A stretch of DNA of 64,000 bases, taken from the IMG/VR virus record IMGVR_UViG_3300023174_000102, positions 34,311-98,310 of that record; one strand, written 5' to 3'. Positions 60,804 to 64,000 of the stretch are shown here, one piece after another. The DNA comes from a virus. Position 1 is the first letter of the stretch; each line of letters starts with the position of its first letter. The notes under the pieces are model-generated. The model was not told the DNA's origin. It worked only from the letters and a program-made list of their open reading frames with translations, and searched no databases. The translations under genes were made by a program, and so were the position numbers.

Positions 60804-61401
60804 CGTATTGCTCATCAAAGATTAGGAAGTGGGCAACTGATAGTGCTTCTGCATAGCCTTCTGCAAATGAGCACTCTAGTGCTACATCATGGTTGTCAGG
60901 CTTTTCTTCCTGTTCCTGTAATGAATACTTGTACTCTTTCCAAGCATCGTCAATCATGTCTTGCAACATTTCTTGTGGGGTCATTGGGTCTCCTCTATGT
61001 GTTTTCTGTCTATAGATAAATTATAGGTCATGCAATAGGCATTTGTCAAGGCCTCCATATATCCTTCTAAATACCTATCAGCATTATCTTTCATTGCTTC
61101 CTCGCAGTCAAGCATTTCTACTTTAAGCCAACTGTGCATTAGATCAATCAATGGAATAGAGGTGTCTTCTAATGCTTTCGTAAGGTGCTCAGGTATAAAA
61201 GGATACTTACTCATTGATTACCTCGATTAAATGTTTAACAGCATAGATTTGTCCCTCGATATCTACCACATGGATAGAAGCAGGGTTTTCTTCAAGGTCT
61301 TGTTCAAGACTTATAAGGTGCAGGTTTAGGTATTGCTTAAAGGTTTCTAGGTCCATATATTAATTATAAGGGTTTGAGTTGATTTTTACAACTTCTGAGG
61401 G

Positions 61402-61417
61402 TGTGATACTAGTCACA
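61402..61417. promoter_or_regulatory. CRP/GlxR-type palindrome
   Basis: TGTGA-TACTAG-TCACA upstream of a minus-strand TATAAT promoter. Confidence 0.6.
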
Positions 61418-61908
61418 TAGTTATTAACTAGATAAGCACGCATCTCTTCCAGGGCATCAATTGATTCCTCACATACTACAATCATATCTTCTCTAGTCAT
61501 TAGTCAAAATACCCTTCTGCCCATAAGCCCTGGAGAAATGCATAGGTCTTAGCCAAACCATCAGAAACAGTTTCATCTGTTGTGTAGTCATGAGCAGTAC
61601 CAACTGAGTCAATCATTTCATCTAATTCTATTTTAGTATATCCTAACATTAGTTCTCCTCATCCCACCAGTATTTGACAATTGTATTCAAGGTAGTGTGG
61701 ATTGCACAATCACAATCTCCACCGTTCATATTTTCCATGTATTCGAGATGTTGCTCATTGTCCATGTACATCTCATTGACTAGTTCGTCAATCGTTCTCA
61801 TTGTTTGGGTCATAGATTAATTCTACCCTAGAACTGGGGAAAATACAAGTCCTTCTTAATAGAATTTTGGTTTGACATTTTTTGAAAACTGTGACCGCCC
61901 CATTTTTG

Positions 61909-61982
61909 CGATCCGTACGGGACTTGAACCCGTGACCTCTACCGTGACAGGGTAGCGAACTAACCAACTATTCTAACGGACC
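61909..61982 (-). tRNA. tRNA-Asp(GTC)
   Basis: Acceptor GGTCCGT/ACGGATC; CTACC-CTGTCAC-GGTAG; GGTTCAA. Confidence 0.92.
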
Positions 61983-61985
61983 GTG

Positions 61986-62014
61986 TGAGCAGTTTTAAAT
62001 CTTGCTCAGGATTT
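61986..62014 (-). ncRNA. H-type pseudoknot motif, copy 3
   Basis: AAATC-CT-GAGCA-A-GATTT-AAAAC-TGCTC. Confidence 0.65.
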
Positions 62015-62021
62015 TTTTTAA

Positions 62022-63038
62022 CTATGCAATTTGCAAAGTGCTTTGCACAACTTTCAACAAACGATTTTTCTCTGCGTTAATTGCAGGGTCAAAACCACTT
62101 GCAGATGCAAGGATAGATTCGTTAGAACCACCACGAGCAGAACGGTACCAATCTAAACGCTCTGTTAGTGCATTGAAAGCACCCCATGCGTTACCAGCAA
62201 TCATTCCGTTAAACTCGCCTGTGTAGATGTCGTTAATAACATCAACCTTGTTTTCCCACTTCTTGAAAGCACCCTTAGCATCTTTATCAGGCTTAGGGTA
62301 TGCAGCAAGAATGATGTCGTTGAATTGCTTAGCATTGACTTCTGTTTCAATCATTGCCTTAGCCATAAGGTCAAAAGAATCCATGTACTTATGAGCCATG
62401 CCAAGAGTCTCACGAGCAACTTGTACCTTACCAGCAGCAGTCTGAGTGTGGCGAATCTTGAAAGATTGCTTGACACCATTCTTTTTCTTAGTAGTGTTAA
62501 GTGCAAGATTGAGAGTATTAGCGCAAACAACACGAACAGGTGTAATTGACGCTTGAATTGCAATCGAGCCATCATGTGATGTGTTGATGAGCAAATAAGT
62601 CTTTACCTTATCTGCAACACCATTTGGGTCAAGAATAGTTTCACGCTCTAGTGCTAATGCACCGAATACAACACGTCCACCCTTGATTGAGCCAGCAGTT
62701 TCCCAACGTCCACCACCGTCTAGAATGTTATCACCAAATGAAAATAAATCTTCATTCTGCATAACATGATAACGCTCACCTACGACACCAAGAATGTCTG
62801 TCTGTGAATTATCTGTAGGGTTAGTACGCAAAACGTACTGATAGTTTTTATCGCTTGTGAGATGTGAGGGGGTTTCCAAATCTTCAAGACGAACATTCCA
62901 ATTAGAAAGGTTAGCCAAATCTAACATTTCTTTTGTTGTTTTTTCCTCTGTGAAAACGGTACCCAATCCATGCCAAGCAGGTTCACGAAATGATGCAAAA
63001 CTTGCTACGCCATTTTGTGTTTCTAGTTCATGTGCCAT
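62022..63038 (-). CDS. DUF932 (TIGR03299-like) protein
   Basis: 'MAHELE...AWHGLG', 'ETAGS..GG', 'SHDGS', 'PVRVVCANTL', 'IRHT'. Confidence 0.88.
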   Translation of the reverse strand: MAHELETQNGVASFASFREPAWHGLGTVFTEEKTTKEMLDLANLSNWNVRLEDLETPSHLTSDKNYQYVLRTNPTDNSQTDILGVVGERYHVMQNEDLFSFGDNILDGGGRWETAGSIKGGRVVFGALALERETILDPNGVADKVKTYLLINTSHDGSIAIQASITPVRVVCANTLNLALNTTKKKNGVKQSFKIRHTQTAAGKVQVARETLGMAHKYMDSFDLMAKAMIETEVNAKQFNDIILAAYPKPDKDAKGAFKKWENKVDVINDIYTGEFNGMIAGNAWGAFNALTERLDWYRSARGGSNESILASASGFDPAINAEKNRLLKVVQSTLQIA

Positions 63039-63139
63039 GAGTTTTCTCCTTTTTGTTGTTGAGATTTAAGTATAACAGGACAGACTGACAAATGCAAATC
63101 AGGATACGTAAACATAGGGCAAATCGGACATTTCTTAAT

Positions 63140-63172
63140 TGTGTCGTAACTCACTTTGTGATCTTGGTCACA
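63140..63172. promoter_or_regulatory. Tandem CRP/GlxR-type sites
   Basis: TGTGA-TCTTGG-TCACA (63157-63172) plus near match TGTGT-N6-TCACT (63140-63155). Confidence 0.6.
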
Positions 63173-63205
63173 CAGGGCGGTCCGCATTTTGCGGAAGAGG
63201 TGAAG

Positions 63206-63232
63206 GAGCAGTTTTACAACATGCTCAGGTTT
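63206..63232 (-). ncRNA. H-type pseudoknot motif, copy 4
   Basis: AAC-CT-GAGCA-T-GTT-GTAAAAC-TGCTC. Confidence 0.6.
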
Positions 63233-63247
63233 ATTAGTAGCCCCCTA

Positions 63248-63673
63248 CTAAATATCTATACGGTCAACGTTGGATGATAAGTAAGTTACACCCTGTGGCT
63301 CAGACACTGAATCAAAATCAATCTCGTGAATTAAATTCATTGCTTCCTCTTCATCACGTGCATTGACTGTAATTGAATATTGAACTGTAACTTCTAATTC
63401 AAATTCTTTTGTTAGTTCAAATCCACAAATATCTGCAATTTCTTGTGCAGTACTTTCTGAAATGGTACCGTCACTCAATTGCTCCAAGGTCCACTCTTGC
63501 ATTTCATTCTGCATGCGTGAACGTTCTGCTGCTTCGCCGTATGATCGTTGGGTTACCGTTGAGATATGTGATTCAAGATTAGCAATACGCTCATCTTTCT
63601 TTGCAATTTCTGACTTAAGAAAATCTTCTGTTGCTTTGATGTCTACTAGTGTTGCTGCGAATGGAGTTTCCAT
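63248..63673 (-). CDS. Hypothetical acidic coiled-coil protein
   Basis: 141-aa ORF with promoter TTGTCA...TACAAT upstream. Confidence 0.6.
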   Translation of the reverse strand: METPFAATLVDIKATEDFLKSEIAKKDERIANLESHISTVTQRSYGEAAERSRMQNEMQEWTLEQLSDGTISESTAQEIADICGFELTKEFELEVTVQYSITVNARDEEEAMNLIHEIDFDSVSEPQGVTYLSSNVDRIDI

Positions 63674-63790
63674 TGGGGGCCTTCTTTCTGTTAGTTTGTT
63701 TAATTCAATTGTACTTTAGTGCACTGACAAATAGTGCCATACCCCTAGGGGATCCTTGCTAACCATAGCGTGAAACGCAAGGGGTAAGGC

Positions 63791-63818
63791 TGAGCAGTTT
63801 AGCGACATACTCAGGTCG
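63791..63818 (-). ncRNA. H-type pseudoknot motif, copy 5
   Basis: CGAC-CT-GAGTA-T-GTCG-CTAAAC-TGCTC. Confidence 0.65.
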
Positions 63819-63830
63819 TTTATTATCTAA

Positions 63831-64000
63831 TTAGAGATAACGAGCAACTGCGTTGTATGTTGAAGTATTAACTACTTCCTCATCTGTCATCTTGAGGATA
63901 CGGATTGCATTTTGGATTTCCTCTTTTTGTTCTGTGTATGTATGCTGATGCATAGTTACAAAATCACGGCTAGGCTCTTTAGGCAAATCCTTCTCTGCAA
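63831..64000 (-). CDS. Hypothetical protein (5'-partial)
   Basis: ...NAIRILKMTDEEVVNTSTYNAVARYL*. Confidence 0.55.
   Translation of the reverse strand, partial: AEKDLPKEPSRDFVTMHQHTYTEQKEEIQNAIRILKMTDEEVVNTSTYNAVARYL

Overview
A 64-kb segment of a large, AT-rich tailed dsDNA phage, most likely infecting Actinobacteria (WhiB, DnaE-type polymerase, many leaderless TGnTATAAT promoters). Genes run mostly on the + strand to ~44.3 kb: end of a tail/baseplate module; a replication/recombination block (DnaB, DnaG, SSB, DnaE, RecA, Cas4-like nuclease, two resolvases); terminase; exported proteins; a CHAP lysin; and an accessory region with about ten 2OG-Fe(II)/cupin oxygenases, a carbamoyltransferase, SGNH-like proteins, an APS-kinase fusion, Hsp20 and Dps. 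From ~44.3 kb genes run on the - strand: KatG, tRNAs, small hypotheticals, sulfotransferase-like genes, an LLM-2OG fusion and DUF932. Five tRNAs are present, including a rare Ile(UAU). The strongest unexplained signals are non-coding: (1) six dispersed copies of a ~28-nt H-type pseudoknot with compensatory base changes, five just after stop codons and two directly before tRNAs; (2) two adjacent promoter-driven structured small RNAs at 42.0-42.25 kb, one with a decayed duplicate; (3) an origin-like region with five perfect DnaA boxes and iteron-like repeats; (4) perfect CRP boxes near minus-strand promoters. All calls come from reading motifs by eye; no searches or folding computations were run.
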